Virus record (IMG/VR): IMGVR_UViG_3300027969_003844
Span: 1-64,000 of that record
Length of the DNA stretch: 64,000 nucleotides
From: a virus
Strand: one strand, 5' to 3'
In this document: one piece after another, positions 45,864 to 55,764 of the stretch
Layout: each line of letters starts with the position of its first letter
Position numbering within the stretch: position 1 is the stretch's first letter
Translations under genes and position numbers: made by a program
The notes under the pieces: model-generated
What the model was told of the DNA's origin: nothing
Seen by the model: only the letters and a program-made list of their open reading frames with translations
Databases searched by the model: none

Positions 45864-46559
45864 TTATAACTTGATTTTTACACGAGTCAACCGAGTTTCT
45901 TGATTTGTTTGAAAATCATGACCATGTGATTTAACTACTCCAACTATAGGAAACTCTTCAGGAGTATCTGGCCACATATCAACTGTCATTGAACTGGTCC
46001 AAAAATATAAATTTGTACCATCTGTTGCACGAACCACTGAACCAGGAAAGGCCTTGCCAGCAAATTTAGCAATTAGCCTTACTGTTAATTCTAGCTTTTC
46101 ACCAATGGTCCCTTGATGTATGCTACTGTAAGACAATTTAGCAAGTTGTTCGGCTCGTTCCTCTTTGACTATTTCCCTGCGATAGCGTACAGCCATACAT
46201 GCCAAGTATGCCATGTCTGTGCGTGAATGAATTTCAGTTTTGGTAATTGTATTAATAATTTTCTGGTCGAACTCGCTCAATTTACCACTAATTGCATCCA
46301 TGGCAATGTACTGGAAATGATTACTCATTAGCTCGCCAAATTTGTAATCTTCAGCTGTTACATTGACCATGTCCAGTTTAAGTTGGTCAGCAATGACTTC
46401 TCTGTTTGGACGTAAAGTAACATTGCCAGTCTCTTGATCAAACTCTGCAAATTTTACATATTGACCTTTATTGATACGGTCTGCCATTGACACCAACGCC
46501 CATGCATCAGCAATAGGTATCAAATTAGATAGACGCTGTTTAATTTTTGCCTTTTCCAT
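45864..46559 (-). CDS. hypothetical protein with OB-fold-like C-terminus
   Basis: G..GEK....V...G.VKSH...TRLTRVK. Confidence 0.65.
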   Translation of the reverse strand: MEKAKIKQRLSNLIPIADAWALVSMADRINKGQYVKFAEFDQETGNVTLRPNREVIADQLKLDMVNVTAEDYKFGELMSNHFQYIAMDAISGKLSEFDQKIINTITKTEIHSRTDMAYLACMAVRYRREIVKEERAEQLAKLSYSSIHQGTIGEKLELTVRLIAKFAGKAFPGSVVRATDGTNLYFWTSSMTVDMWPDTPEEFPIVGVVKSHGHDFQTNQETRLTRVKIKL

Positions 46560-46560
46560 A

Positions 46561-46755
46561 TTAGCGACTTAAAATATCAATGACACGTTGTTGTAAAATG
46601 TCTATTTCTTCTTGGCCAACATAAAAATCAGTGGTAGGATCATAATATTGATTTTCCTTGGTATCGTAGTACAACACGCGATCAACAAACCAGAAAGGGC
46701 CTTGTAGTCCCTTTCTGGGTTTCCACTTGTCCAGTACATTGTACGACATTAGCAA
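46561..46755 (-). CDS. small protein (LYYD...YYDP.TD)
   Basis: ORF track. Confidence 0.65.
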   Translation of the reverse strand: MLMSYNVLDKWKPRKGLQGPFWFVDRVLYYDTKENQYYDPTTDFYVGQEEIDILQQRVIDILSR

Positions 46756-47123
46756 GCCTTGTAAAATAGATCCACTGATTCCGAATAGTAGCCGTTGCTT
46801 TCACCTAACCAACGAACGTCCACGTAGCCCCGGCGGGTTGCAAACTTGTAGAAGGTGTAGCTGTAGCTGTCGGCGTACTCTGGCTCTGGACCAATGTATC
46901 CGCTCACTTCCACAGCCATCAACATGGGCTCACCTACCAGGTCCTGTAGGTCACCTACTATATCTTCAATGTTTACTGATTCACAGCAGTCCTGGTAGTG
47001 GGCAAATACGAAACGTTCGCCCTCTGCGGTTACGAAAGTCATCTCGCTATCGCCAACTGAACCAGTTACTTGGACAAAGATCTTGCCCTTCATCAGCTCT
47101 AGTCCTTTTGCAGTATCGATCAT
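46749..47123 (-). CDS. conserved-type phage protein (HYQDCCE...GESNGYYS); start uncertain
   Basis: ORF track; promoter at 47172-47200. Confidence 0.7.
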   Translation of the reverse strand: MIDTAKGLELMKGKIFVQVTGSVGDSEMTFVTAEGERFVFAHYQDCCESVNIEDIVGDLQDLVGEPMLMAVEVSGYIGPEPEYADSYSYTFYKFATRRGYVDVRWLGESNGYYSESVDLFYKAC

Positions 47124-47171
47124 GTTATCGTAGTTCAACTGGTTCACCTTATTTTGTTCCGTTATGATGCT

Positions 47172-47227
47172 ATTATGCATTAAGTAGACCAAAATGTCAA
47201 CCAGATTTTAGTTGTATTTTTACAACA
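47172..47227 (-). promoter_or_regulatory. sigma70 promoter TTGACA-N17-CATAAT plus palindrome GTTGTATTTTTACAACA (47211-47227)
   Basis: direct reading. Confidence 0.75.
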
Positions 47228-47230
47228 AAA

Positions 47231-47674
47231 TTACCCAGAAATCCCCAGTTTAACACCGTGTTGTTTCATTGTGTCTTTCCAGATGAAAAACGTAGTTTGA
47301 CCGTGAGTCATTACTTCGTGTGTTTCCCATTCCCATTGATGGACCATTTCATGAGCAACAACATTGATAAATTTTTGAAAATTGGGCCAGTGTTTTTGTA
47401 GCCGAATGTATTTGGTATACGGCTCACCCCATCTACTCTTTCGGGCAAATCCTTCACATTCTCCCCAAAAATTTTTAGTTTTGTAATCACGTACAATTAA
47501 TTTTGGTCTTGGAAGAGTGTTTCCAAAAATGCTTCTGTTTAGTGCGTCGTATACAATTTCAGCACTTTCCTGCGATGCTATATACGGAACATTTTTACCT
47601 AAGATATCAGCCTGACTCACCAGAGTCTGTAATCGTGGCTGACGTGTTTGTTTTAATTGAAGCCGAGTTGACAT
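47231..47674 (-). CDS. SprT-like metalloprotease
   Basis: LN..IF...L, HEMVHQW, HG..F. Confidence 0.8.
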   Translation of the reverse strand: MSTRLQLKQTRQPRLQTLVSQADILGKNVPYIASQESAEIVYDALNRSIFGNTLPRPKLIVRDYKTKNFWGECEGFARKSRWGEPYTKYIRLQKHWPNFQKFINVVAHEMVHQWEWETHEVMTHGQTTFFIWKDTMKQHGVKLGISG

Positions 47675-47759
47675 AAATCCCCTGCTAAAGCCATAGTAGC
47701 TAGAAGTATTTATTGTATGTCAATGTTTATAAAGTACTGCTGAAGTGTATGATAAACTG

Positions 47760-48410
47760 CTAACTTAATTGTTCTCTTAGCATGACTTCACCAATTTCAA
47801 ACCAATTATTAAAACGACGGACTCTTAAATCAGAAAAATCATGATTCCATGGCTGGCTTATTAAGTAAGTTGCATGACCAGCATCTGCACTTGCTATTGC
47901 AGTGGCGGTTGTAGCAGTTACACATATAGAAGGATCATGTTCCTTCAGCATTGGATAAAGTGTTACTTCTCTGTTGACAACATAGACATCATTGAACACG
48001 CCCGGAAATACTAATTCTAAATTTGCACGTCTAAGAATTGCACGATTCATATCGTTGCTGGCGCGACTATAACCTACAATATGCCATCCTTGCTTTTTTA
48101 AAGTTGGCAAGACTTTCTCAGCTGACATGCAAGGATATAATGCACCCCATTGCCAAGATTGTTCACAAAATTCTTTATTCCAAAGACTTGCATGTTCGTT
48201 ACTTACGCCTAGCCAAGACCCGAAATTTTCTCTACTAGATATTTTTTCTTGTGAGACATTATTTAAACGTCCCAGTAGTCCAAGCCATTTTACAAAAGCT
48301 GTCAACGTGTCGAGGCACGTATCATCGACGTCGATGATTAGCTTTAAGGGGACCTCATCATCCTGCAAGTTCAACGCTGACTCCCAAAGGATGGCCATTG
48401 GTGCGAGCAA
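47760..48410 (-). CDS. HAD-like nucleotidase paralog (start uncertain, motif IV degenerate)
   Basis: IIDVDDT, PWN; lacks the IEDK motif. Confidence 0.6.
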   Translation of the reverse strand: MLAPMAILWESALNLQDDEVPLKLIIDVDDTCLDTLTAFVKWLGLLGRLNNVSQEKISSRENFGSWLGVSNEHASLWNKEFCEQSWQWGALYPCMSAEKVLPTLKKQGWHIVGYSRASNDMNRAILRRANLELVFPGVFNDVYVVNREVTLYPMLKEHDPSICVTATTATAIASADAGHATYLISQPWNHDFSDLRVRRFNNWFEIGEVMLREQLS

Positions 48411-48666
48411 TTTGTGTAGATTCTAGTGCCTTTTGTTCTGCTACTTCAAACGTGTAGATACCTGCTGTACCTTTACCTTTTTCATGAACTTCTAACATAA
48501 CTGCAACTGCGGCTTCGTGACCATGATGAAAGATTACTTTTAATAATTCAATTACAAATTCCATTGGCGTTTGATTGTCATTTAAAATAACAACACGAAA
48601 TCGTTCTGGTTCTTTTACACCAGTAATATTTTCAGTTTTCTTAAGTGTGTCGGTTGCAGTACTCAT
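48358..48666 (-). CDS. clpS: Clp protease adaptor ClpS
   Basis: VVILND..TPMEFV, MLEVH.KG, FEVAEQK, HPL. Confidence 0.92.
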   Translation of the reverse strand: MSTATDTLKKTENITGVKEPERFRVVILNDNQTPMEFVIELLKVIFHHGHEAAVAVMLEVHEKGKGTAGIYTFEVAEQKALESTQIARTNGHPLGVSVELAG

Positions 48667-48740
48667 TTTATTCCTAATTTAACTTGACTAACAATACTTA
48701 TCAAGGGTAACCTGTTATAGCTACCCTTGACAATAATCAA

Positions 48741-49169
48741 TTATTCCTTGATTAATGGGATTTTTTTTGGTTTATGTTGTTCAGGAACTAGTTTTTCTAG
48801 ATCAATTACCAACATTCCATCTTTTAGACTTGCTGACTTTACTTCAACGTGATCTGCTAACACAAATTCCTGACGGAAATTGCGCTTTGCTATACCACGA
48901 TAAACATAATTGCGTTCTACATCATCTTCTGACTTGCGTCCTTCAACCAGTAGCACATTTTGTTGTTGTGTAATATCAACTTCACTTTCGCTGAATCCTG
49001 CAACTGCCATAGTAATACAGGTGCCAAACTCTCCGACTTTTTCTACATTTACAGGCGGATATCCTGCTTTGCCACCTGGTTGATTTGTGGCCATCAGACG
49101 TTCCAGGTCTTCGAACATACGATCGAAGCCGATACCAAAGTGATGTTGTGGGAATCTTAGATTTGTCAT
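48741..49169 (-). CDS. Hsp20/IbpA small heat-shock protein
   Basis: IGFDR, YPP.NV, AVAGF, RGIA.R.F, DGML.I.L, KKIPL. Confidence 0.92.
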   Translation of the reverse strand: MTNLRFPQHHFGIGFDRMFEDLERLMATNQPGGKAGYPPVNVEKVGEFGTCITMAVAGFSESEVDITQQQNVLLVEGRKSEDDVERNYVYRGIAKRNFRQEFVLADHVEVKSASLKDGMLVIDLEKLVPEQHKPKKIPLIKE

Positions 49170-49260
49170 AATAATCTCCTAATAATTAAGCGAGTTTAAA
49201 TTTAACAACCCCTTCATGGGCATTGTTTTTGCACTTTACTAACCCTCTTGGCATTAGTAT
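49170..49260 (-). promoter_or_regulatory. ROSE-like thermometer leader with two UG/G internal-loop hairpins
   Basis: CUCGCU opposite AGGAG. Confidence 0.65.
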
Positions 49261-49298
49261 CGTACAATTATATTTATCATTGACCAAGGTGTCAATAA

Positions 49299-49577
49299 TC
49301 AATAAAGCCGTTTTCTTCCACCTTCTTTTGGAGGTCTACGTCCTTCTAATTCATCACGTTCGACCTGCTTGAGCCATCTGCGTCTTGCTGAGTTTGCTTT
49401 TTTTGTGCGCTCAATGTTGGGTTTAACATATTCCATTCTTTCGCGTACTTCTTCTAGTAGACCGCTGTCTTGTATCTTGTTTTTAAATTTACGTAATGCT
49501 TTTTCTACATTGCCGTCTCTGACTTCTACCTTTGACCCTTTTATTAAAGGTTGACTGTCCCTTTGATCTCTACTCAT
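49299..49577 (-). CDS. rpsU: ribosomal protein bS21
   Basis: NVEKALRKFK...G...E...R..Y.KP. Confidence 0.88.
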   Translation of the reverse strand: MSRDQRDSQPLIKGSKVEVRDGNVEKALRKFKNKIQDSGLLEEVRERMEYVKPNIERTKKANSARRRWLKQVERDELEGRRPPKEGGRKRLY

Positions 49578-49584
49578 GATAATA

Positions 49585-50847
49585 TTATGCTGATGATTCT
49601 ATATTTTTAAATATTTTAACTGGCAGGTGGTCTTCCACTGCCTTTTCGTTAATTATAACTTTACTTAATCCTTCTCGGGACAATTCTGGTAGATTAAATT
49701 GTGTATCCAATAGAATTTGTTCAATAATATTACGCAATCCACGTGCTCCAGTTTTTTTAGTTATACTTAGATTTGCAATTGCCAGTCTGGCGTCGGGTGT
49801 AAATTCTAAATCAACCCCGTCCATTTTAAAAACTTCTTTGTATTCGTTTTCAATGCTGTCATCAGGATCTCTCATAACACGCACCAGGTCTTTGCTACTC
49901 AATGATTCTAATGCAGTAATAACAGGAATCCGTCCCATAAACTCTGGTATCATTCCAAACTTGACAAAGTCTTCGGGTTCTACTTCGTTTAACCAATAAT
50001 CAACATTTACTTTAGAGGCAGTAACATCCGCGGCAAACCCAATCTTGGTGCCACCTTTGATTCTCTTTTTTACTTCTTCATCCAGACCAACAAATGCACC
50101 ACCTAAAATGAATAGTATGTTCTTTGTGTTAATGACATTTGAATCTTGGCCTGGATGCTTACGGCCGCCGCCGACTGGAACCCTGCATTCAGTTCCTTCA
50201 ATTAATTTTAGTAATGCTTGCTGAACACCTTCACCAGACACATCTCTGGTAATACTTGCACTTTCACTTTTGCGACCTTTTTTGTCAATTTCATCAATAT
50301 AAACAATACCTGTCTCGGCACGTTTAATGTCGCCGCCGGCGTTTTGTAATAGTCGATGAATAACACTTTCAACGTCTTCGCCTACATATCCGCTTTCGGT
50401 CAATGTAGTTGCATCAGCTACTGCAAATGGTACGTTGAGTTTTTCAGATAATTTTTGTGCCAATAATGTTTTACCGCTACCAGTTGGACCAATCAGTAAA
50501 ACATTACTTTTCTTAATAAGATTAGTTGAAGCACTATTATGTAATCTTTTATAATGATTACGTACTGCAACACTTAACGCTCTTTTTGCAACATCTTGGC
50601 CAATCACAAATCGGTCAAGGTAAGATTTAATTTCGCTTGGAGTGGTTGTATTATCAAATGATGATTTTTGTTCTTTACTGTCAGACAATGCTTCTAAACA
50701 TAAATTTATACATTCATTGCAAATATAAGCCTTGTCACCTGCAATTAGAGCCTGAACACTATCTCTATGTTTGTTACAAAAACTGCAATTTAAGTTAGAG
50801 GATTTATCAGCCAAACAGAGCCTCCAGTAGTGTTGGTAAATCATCAA
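49585..50847 (-). CDS. clpX: ATP-dependent Clp protease ATP-binding subunit ClpX (start probably ~50814)
   Basis: CSFC...C.EC zinc domain, [35 protein letters not shown]. Confidence 0.93.
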   Translation of the reverse strand: MMIYQHYWRLCLADKSSNLNCSFCNKHRDSVQALIAGDKAYICNECINLCLEALSDSKEQKSSFDNTTTPSEIKSYLDRFVIGQDVAKRALSVAVRNHYKRLHNSASTNLIKKSNVLLIGPTGSGKTLLAQKLSEKLNVPFAVADATTLTESGYVGEDVESVIHRLLQNAGGDIKRAETGIVYIDEIDKKGRKSESASITRDVSGEGVQQALLKLIEGTECRVPVGGGRKHPGQDSNVINTKNILFILGGAFVGLDEEVKKRIKGGTKIGFAADVTASKVNVDYWLNEVEPEDFVKFGMIPEFMGRIPVITALESLSSKDLVRVMRDPDDSIENEYKEVFKMDGVDLEFTPDARLAIANLSITKKTGARGLRNIIEQILLDTQFNLPELSREGLSKVIINEKAVEDHLPVKIFKNIESSA

Positions 50848-51226
50848 CGTCTGAGAAGTGCAAAATTTCAGATGCTTTTAACAATGCAATAAACTCATCA
50901 TTGCCTGGCTTTACATAAAATATAATTGGATGCTCTAATTTTGCAATGGCTAATGCTACTCGTACTTCATGCTCTGTGCAACTTGCTACATCACACAGCA
51001 CCATGTTGCAATTATCAACAATATGCCAGTACCATACCCATGCTTTTGGATCTTTGACTCCTGAATCATTGGCATAGAATGTAATTTGATCTTGTATGCC
51101 ACTTTCAATGATTTCAACAATCTTATCTTGCCAAGACTTATCATTGCTTATTAAGCAAATTGCAACACCACCAGTGGGCATATATAGTGTGGGTGGACTT
51201 ACCACATAGACATTAGAATCGCTCAA
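50807..51226 (-). CDS. hypothetical protein
   Basis: ORF track. Confidence 0.65.
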   Translation of the reverse strand: MSDSNVYVVSPPTLYMPTGGVAICLISNDKSWQDKIVEIIESGIQDQITFYANDSGVKDPKAWVWYWHIVDNCNMVLCDVASCTEHEVRVALAIAKLEHPIIFYVKPGNDEFIALLKASEILHFSDVDDLPTLLEALFG

Positions 51227-51242
51227 AGTAAACCTTTAATTT

Positions 51243-52553
51243 TTAGTTGTCATTCTTAGGAAATACAGCTTGAAACCAACCTCGATTACGATGTTGTTTT
51301 GCAAGTTCTTCAGCACTTGCTTTATATATTTTATCAATATTGCTAGGTGCTTGTTGCTCAGATTGATCTGGCGCAGTCCATGCTTCTCCGGGTGTTCCAG
51401 GAGGGGCAAATTCTACAGGTGTAGATGCAACAAGTGGCACATTATCTGCAGGATTGCTGTTGGTGACTACCAGTGGGATTGGTGTTGTAGTAGCTGTTTC
51501 AACAGTTGATTTTTGCTCAACTATTTCTTCCTGGCGTACCTCTGCTTTGGCAACTTTTATAGCATCTGCTAACTCATCAATGTCTTCGTCGTTGGCAGGA
51601 TATACTGGAACAACGGTGACCACATCAGGTATGCTTTCGCTATGTATTTCTTCTGGCAATGTATCAGGGGAGTCTACTAACTTATCTGCCGCGGCTTCTT
51701 CATCTAATTTACGTGCAACTTCTTTACCACGTTTAAAAAACTCTTCAATGTCGTCAGTGGTTGATTCTTCTTCTTCCTCTCTGAACCATTGAAAGCTGTA
51801 CTGACTGGCAAGTAATAGTACAACTGCCAGCGGATCAAATACAATAACAATAATAACAATGACCCATGTTACTGCTTTATCTAAAATATTAGCATTTGGA
51901 TTATCACCATAGATAAAGTTAGCAATATATTTGATGGGTCCTACTTCGGCTTCTACTTTACGTACTTCTGCGGCAATAGGGGCACGTTCTTCATTTAGTT
52001 TGCTAATTGCTTTCTGGTCGGCCACTATTTCAGACTGTAGTCTTGCTCGTTCTTTTGCCTGTGCCTTGCGAATAGCAACTGCTTTGTCAGCCCCTGTTTC
52101 CGACGTACTACGACCCATAACTTGGTCAACTGCTTCATCCATTTGTTTAAGAGCCTTGCGATTGGCATCTATATTTTCTTTTGCTGTTTTAATCTTTTCA
52201 TCATACACACTAATCTTTGCCTGTACATCGCCTGACACCAGGCTTTGATCACTGTGTGCTTTACTTAGGAATCCAAAGATACCCATACTTGTAATCAACA
52301 TTAAAACTGCAATTGCAATCAGCAGATATGATTTAATTAAAAATGGTGCTCTTTTCCAATTTGTTTTAATCCAAACAGTGGCAACCAACTTGCTAATACC
52401 AAGTGCAACACCCATAATAATAATAGGAATAACTGCCGCGGCAAAGATTGCCATCAACCCCATGATGGAGTAGTATTCAGCAACTGCTGAAATGCATAAC
52501 CCACTTAACAATGTTAGATAGGCAATGATCCTATCAGTCGCTGATGCTTTCAT
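51243..52553 (-). CDS. membrane coiled-coil protein
   Basis: 3 TM, coiled coil, TM (VFDPLAV), acidic tail. Confidence 0.75.
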   Translation of the reverse strand: MKASATDRIIAYLTLLSGLCISAVAEYYSIMGLMAIFAAAVIPIIIMGVALGISKLVATVWIKTNWKRAPFLIKSYLLIAIAVLMLITSMGIFGFLSKAHSDQSLVSGDVQAKISVYDEKIKTAKENIDANRKALKQMDEAVDQVMGRSTSETGADKAVAIRKAQAKERARLQSEIVADQKAISKLNEERAPIAAEVRKVEAEVGPIKYIANFIYGDNPNANILDKAVTWVIVIIVIVFDPLAVVLLLASQYSFQWFREEEEESTTDDIEEFFKRGKEVARKLDEEAAADKLVDSPDTLPEEIHSESIPDVVTVVPVYPANDEDIDELADAIKVAKAEVRQEEIVEQKSTVETATTTPIPLVVTNSNPADNVPLVASTPVEFAPPGTPGEAWTAPDQSEQQAPSNIDKIYKASAEELAKQHRNRGWFQAVFPKNDN

Positions 52554-52894
52554 TCTTCATCCTCCTCCTCAGGGGCTTGGAAGTTAGTGGCCAAGCCTTG
52601 TTCAACTAATACTTCATTTATATTTAATGTTGGGTCGCCAGATTCGTTAGCAATATATGCCCAACCTAGAACTCTACCAAGTTTTGCTCTTTTAGTAATG
52701 ATAGGCTCAACAATAAGCCCGTCTTTACATAACTCTGTAAGTACAATACGTACTTCAGCATCTTTGCCAGAGCTTGCTACACCAAACAATCTAATTTTTT
52801 GTCTGCTGTAAACATTAAAACCAAGGTCTAGTTCTACGTCAAGTGTATCTGCACCGCGTACTTCTAACAACTTAGCTGGATATAATCTTCTCAT
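52550..52894 (-). CDS. thermonuclease (SNase)-like protein, degenerate
   Basis: DTLDVELDLGF..IRLFG...GRVLG...N..LV..GLA. Confidence 0.65.
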   Translation of the reverse strand: MRRLYPAKLLEVRGADTLDVELDLGFNVYSRQKIRLFGVASSGKDAEVRIVLTELCKDGLIVEPIITKRAKLGRVLGWAYIANESGDPTLNINEVLVEQGLATNFQAPEEEDEE

Positions 52895-53574
52895 TATTGT
52901 TCTCTCGGTTTGATTCTATAAAATACATGATTGCCAATTTGACTCACAGAATCTTTGACTCTTTTGAAACTTGACCTCCATGCAATATATGTAGCATGAA
53001 AGTGAGTGGCACCGTTAGTCGGATCCTCTAATGCATCTGGGTCGTCAACTACTAAAGAAGCAATACCCGCGGCTTGGTACCAAAGATATCCATGAGGAGG
53101 CACTTTTGTACGATCGCATACCCATGCAAATTGGCATCCTGCTGGATTTCTTTGCTTTACTACACCACATAGGGTACTGGCATACCCTTCATTGAAGCGA
53201 TTCATTGTTACCTTTGCAACTGCTAGTTGCCCGGTAATGCTTTCGCCTCTACTTTCATAATAGATGTTTTCTGCCACACATCTAATTTGATTATCTGCTA
53301 CAACCTTATTAAGGCCGCCAGCATCATCAATTTTGGATTGAATTAACCTGGCAATTTTTTTGTCCCAGGTTTCATGTTTATGTCCACGATAGCGATCTGC
53401 TACCCAGTCTGAATATGACGAATACGTTGGATCGCCACTTATGCCATATGCATAAGATTTTGTATTGATACCAAATACAGTTATCAATACCAATAAGGCT
53501 ACAATAGCAACCTTTGTTAGCAAACGTGTTACCGGTTGCTTTGACATGCCCGAAGTAATGGGGGTCATGTGCAT
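52894..53574 (-). CDS. cell wall hydrolase (SleB/Hydrolase_2)
   Basis: NIYYESRGE, AVA.V.MNR, CQFAW, GATHFH, IGNHVFY. Confidence 0.9.
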   Translation of the reverse strand: MHMTPITSGMSKQPVTRLLTKVAIVALLVLITVFGINTKSYAYGISGDPTYSSYSDWVADRYRGHKHETWDKKIARLIQSKIDDAGGLNKVVADNQIRCVAENIYYESRGESITGQLAVAKVTMNRFNEGYASTLCGVVKQRNPAGCQFAWVCDRTKVPPHGYLWYQAAGIASLVVDDPDALEDPTNGATHFHATYIAWRSSFKRVKDSVSQIGNHVFYRIKPREQ

Positions 53575-53606
53575 GTTACACCTCCTTTCTCAAGGATTGC
53601 CTCCAG

Positions 53607-54125
53607 TCAGGCCTTTGATGCTAATATAGCATCTAAAACTTCACCTGGGCTCTGGTATCCATAATCAACCTGGGTGTAGGTTATATCATGCTTGGCCAAG
53701 AGCACCGCAATCCGCCGATCGATCTCCAAGCTAGCTTGAAGATTATGCACACGGCCGCGATCATCGAACCACGGGCCGCGCTCTAGAAGCCCAACATAGT
53801 TGTTGTAACGCTTCCAAAGTTCTACTACCACAGTCTCCCAATGTTGAGGATAATCCTCGGGAGCATAGATAGCACTTAATAACACAGGACTGTCGGTAAT
53901 AACTATATCTACCGTTCCTTCTAGCCTATGTATCCTTTGCATTTGTCTACCAAATACATAAGCCTGATTTGAAAGAGCACAATGTCTACCTTCCCATACT
54001 AGATCTTTAGCAACTTCCGTTACTAATTCTGCATTCCACCCTCTGCGTTTTGCCTCATGGTAAAGGCCTGACGCTAGGGTGCTTTTTCCAGCACCTGGTC
54101 CAGCAATAACATTGATAACTTTCAT
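53607..54125 (-). CDS. AAA_28/NadR-like P-loop kinase
   Basis: GPGAGKST, ITDSP. Confidence 0.8.
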   Translation of the reverse strand: MKVINVIAGPGAGKSTLASGLYHEAKRRGWNAELVTEVAKDLVWEGRHCALSNQAYVFGRQMQRIHRLEGTVDIVITDSPVLLSAIYAPEDYPQHWETVVVELWKRYNNYVGLLERGPWFDDRGRVHNLQASLEIDRRIAVLLAKHDITYTQVDYGYQSPGEVLDAILASKA

Positions 54126-54131
54126 AGTGTT

Positions 54132-54160
54132 ATTGTAGCATAATATTTATCTTAAGTCAA
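54132..54160 (-). promoter_or_regulatory. sigma70 promoter TTGACT-N17-TACAAT (leaderless spacing)
   Basis: 6 nt before the ATG. Confidence 0.7.
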
Positions 54161-54201
54161 TAAATTTAAATGCCCAACTGCTATGTTAAAGTTAGTTTTA
54201 A

Positions 54202-54564
54202 TTAGCCAATATCCCAATACATCTTGTTATGCAATTGATAAAACAAGTCTTTTTTCAATTCTATCATATCATCAGGTGATATTCTATACTGGTGCCCAAT
54301 GCCATTATGATATACAGAAATCCTTACATACGCACATGGTATTCGTGGTTCTGGTGATTGCATTTTAAGTTGAACTAGCCAATAACTTCCGTTTATTTCT
54401 TTATCAAATCCTTTGCCAAGGATGCTATAGTTATCTAGCATCTCTTGTAATACCAGCGTAGGCAAGTTAAAGGTCTGAGCATACTGTTCGCTTACTTTAA
54501 TGGTAAGATCGCTAGTGCCTTTGTCTTTGAAAACGTAAAGCTTAAATGTTTTAGAAAATTCCAT
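54202..54564 (-). CDS. hypothetical protein
   Basis: ORF track. Confidence 0.6.
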   Translation of the reverse strand: MEFSKTFKLYVFKDKGTSDLTIKVSEQYAQTFNLPTLVLQEMLDNYSILGKGFDKEINGSYWLVQLKMQSPEPRIPCAYVRISVYHNGIGHQYRISPDDMIELKKDLFYQLHNKMYWDIG

Positions 54565-54568
54565 AATA

Positions 54569-55702
54569 TTATTGCTTTACAAAGGTCAGGCCACCAAAAT
54601 CAGACATGATTGCTCCATTCCTTTCAATGATCCAATCAATCCAAGTTGAATATCCATCTCTGGGGTCAACAAAGGTAGGATTGGAATATACAACCGTGCT
54701 AGTTTTGTCAGTAACTGAAAACTTTTGTATCCACACTCCTTTGTATAAATCATTTGCATCTGCGGCAGTCCCGCCTGTTCTTAACACATATACAGAGTTT
54801 GTATTTTTAGAATACACAAAGTCTAAAATAATCCTGGCACCGTCAACTGCTGGAATTATCATTGTTGGTGTTCCAGTGAATTTGTTACTGCCAGGGTTTA
54901 TTTCAATGGCAGTTGGTTCAGCATATCCCCATTCAATTGCACCATATACCAGATCAAATTTGCCGTCATTGTTTACATCAATGGCTTCAATTTGAAATAC
55001 AGTTTTCTGTGTTGATGGTAATGCATATTCAGTTGAGCGAACAAACTTTCCAGTTTTATCATTTAGATAAACAACCAGTCCATTGAAGGTAGTGACAATT
55101 ACATCAGGATATCCATCGCTGTTAAAATCATTTGCGCTACCACCATGATAAAATCCAGTGTCGGAGTTTGATGTTGTTAAGTAGTCTGTTTTATATCTGC
55201 CATTGGATTGACTTAATACAATACGATTACGCTCGCCAGGAAAGGGCGGAGCATCATATCCGTGACAAACAATTATAAAGTCTAAAACACCATCTTGATT
55301 GTAATCTGCAGGCAATACTTTTCTTGGATGAATACACATTGGGACTGCTTCATCAATTAAAGAGTTAGAGGACCATGTTCCGTTTGCTTGTTTCCATAGT
55401 GTCAATGTTGCAGGTGGTGAATTGCTGGCAGTGTGTTGATTCACTACATAATTGAGACTTGTGGTTATTAGTCCTGCTGTACCATCTGTATATTTAAAAA
55501 ATGTTCGAGCATTTATCTGGCGTTGCAGTTGAAGTGAATCTACATAAAATCCTGGATTCTTTGAATTCTCATAAGAACTCAAACTGTACGTGATATTTTG
55601 CACAGGTGGCTGTACAGGTGGCGTAACAATAGTTGATCCGCCTCCACCACATGCGGTTAATACTACTGCCAGAGATCCAATTAAAAAATTACAAAGTTTC
55701 AT
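54569..55702 (-). CDS. FG-GAP/VCBS-repeat lipoprotein
   Basis: LTACGGGG lipobox; DYNQDG..D, DFNSDG..D, DVNNDG..D. Confidence 0.8.
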   Translation of the reverse strand: MKLCNFLIGSLAVVLTACGGGGSTIVTPPVQPPVQNITYSLSSYENSKNPGFYVDSLQLQRQINARTFFKYTDGTAGLITTSLNYVVNQHTASNSPPATLTLWKQANGTWSSNSLIDEAVPMCIHPRKVLPADYNQDGVLDFIIVCHGYDAPPFPGERNRIVLSQSNGRYKTDYLTTSNSDTGFYHGGSANDFNSDGYPDVIVTTFNGLVVYLNDKTGKFVRSTEYALPSTQKTVFQIEAIDVNNDGKFDLVYGAIEWGYAEPTAIEINPGSNKFTGTPTMIIPAVDGARIILDFVYSKNTNSVYVLRTGGTAADANDLYKGVWIQKFSVTDKTSTVVYSNPTFVDPRDGYSTWIDWIIERNGAIMSDFGGLTFVKQ

Positions 55703-55764
55703 AAAATTACCTATTAAGAAAAACTTGACCTAATTGTAGCAATTTATATGAAACTTGTCAATCT

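Noticed and set aside
22494-50847. Bacterial chromosome origin suggested by housekeeping genes
   Set aside because: Genes are divergent, lack bacterial operon context, and are interleaved with fibres, spanins, a clamp loader, TAAATA promoters and small ORFans.
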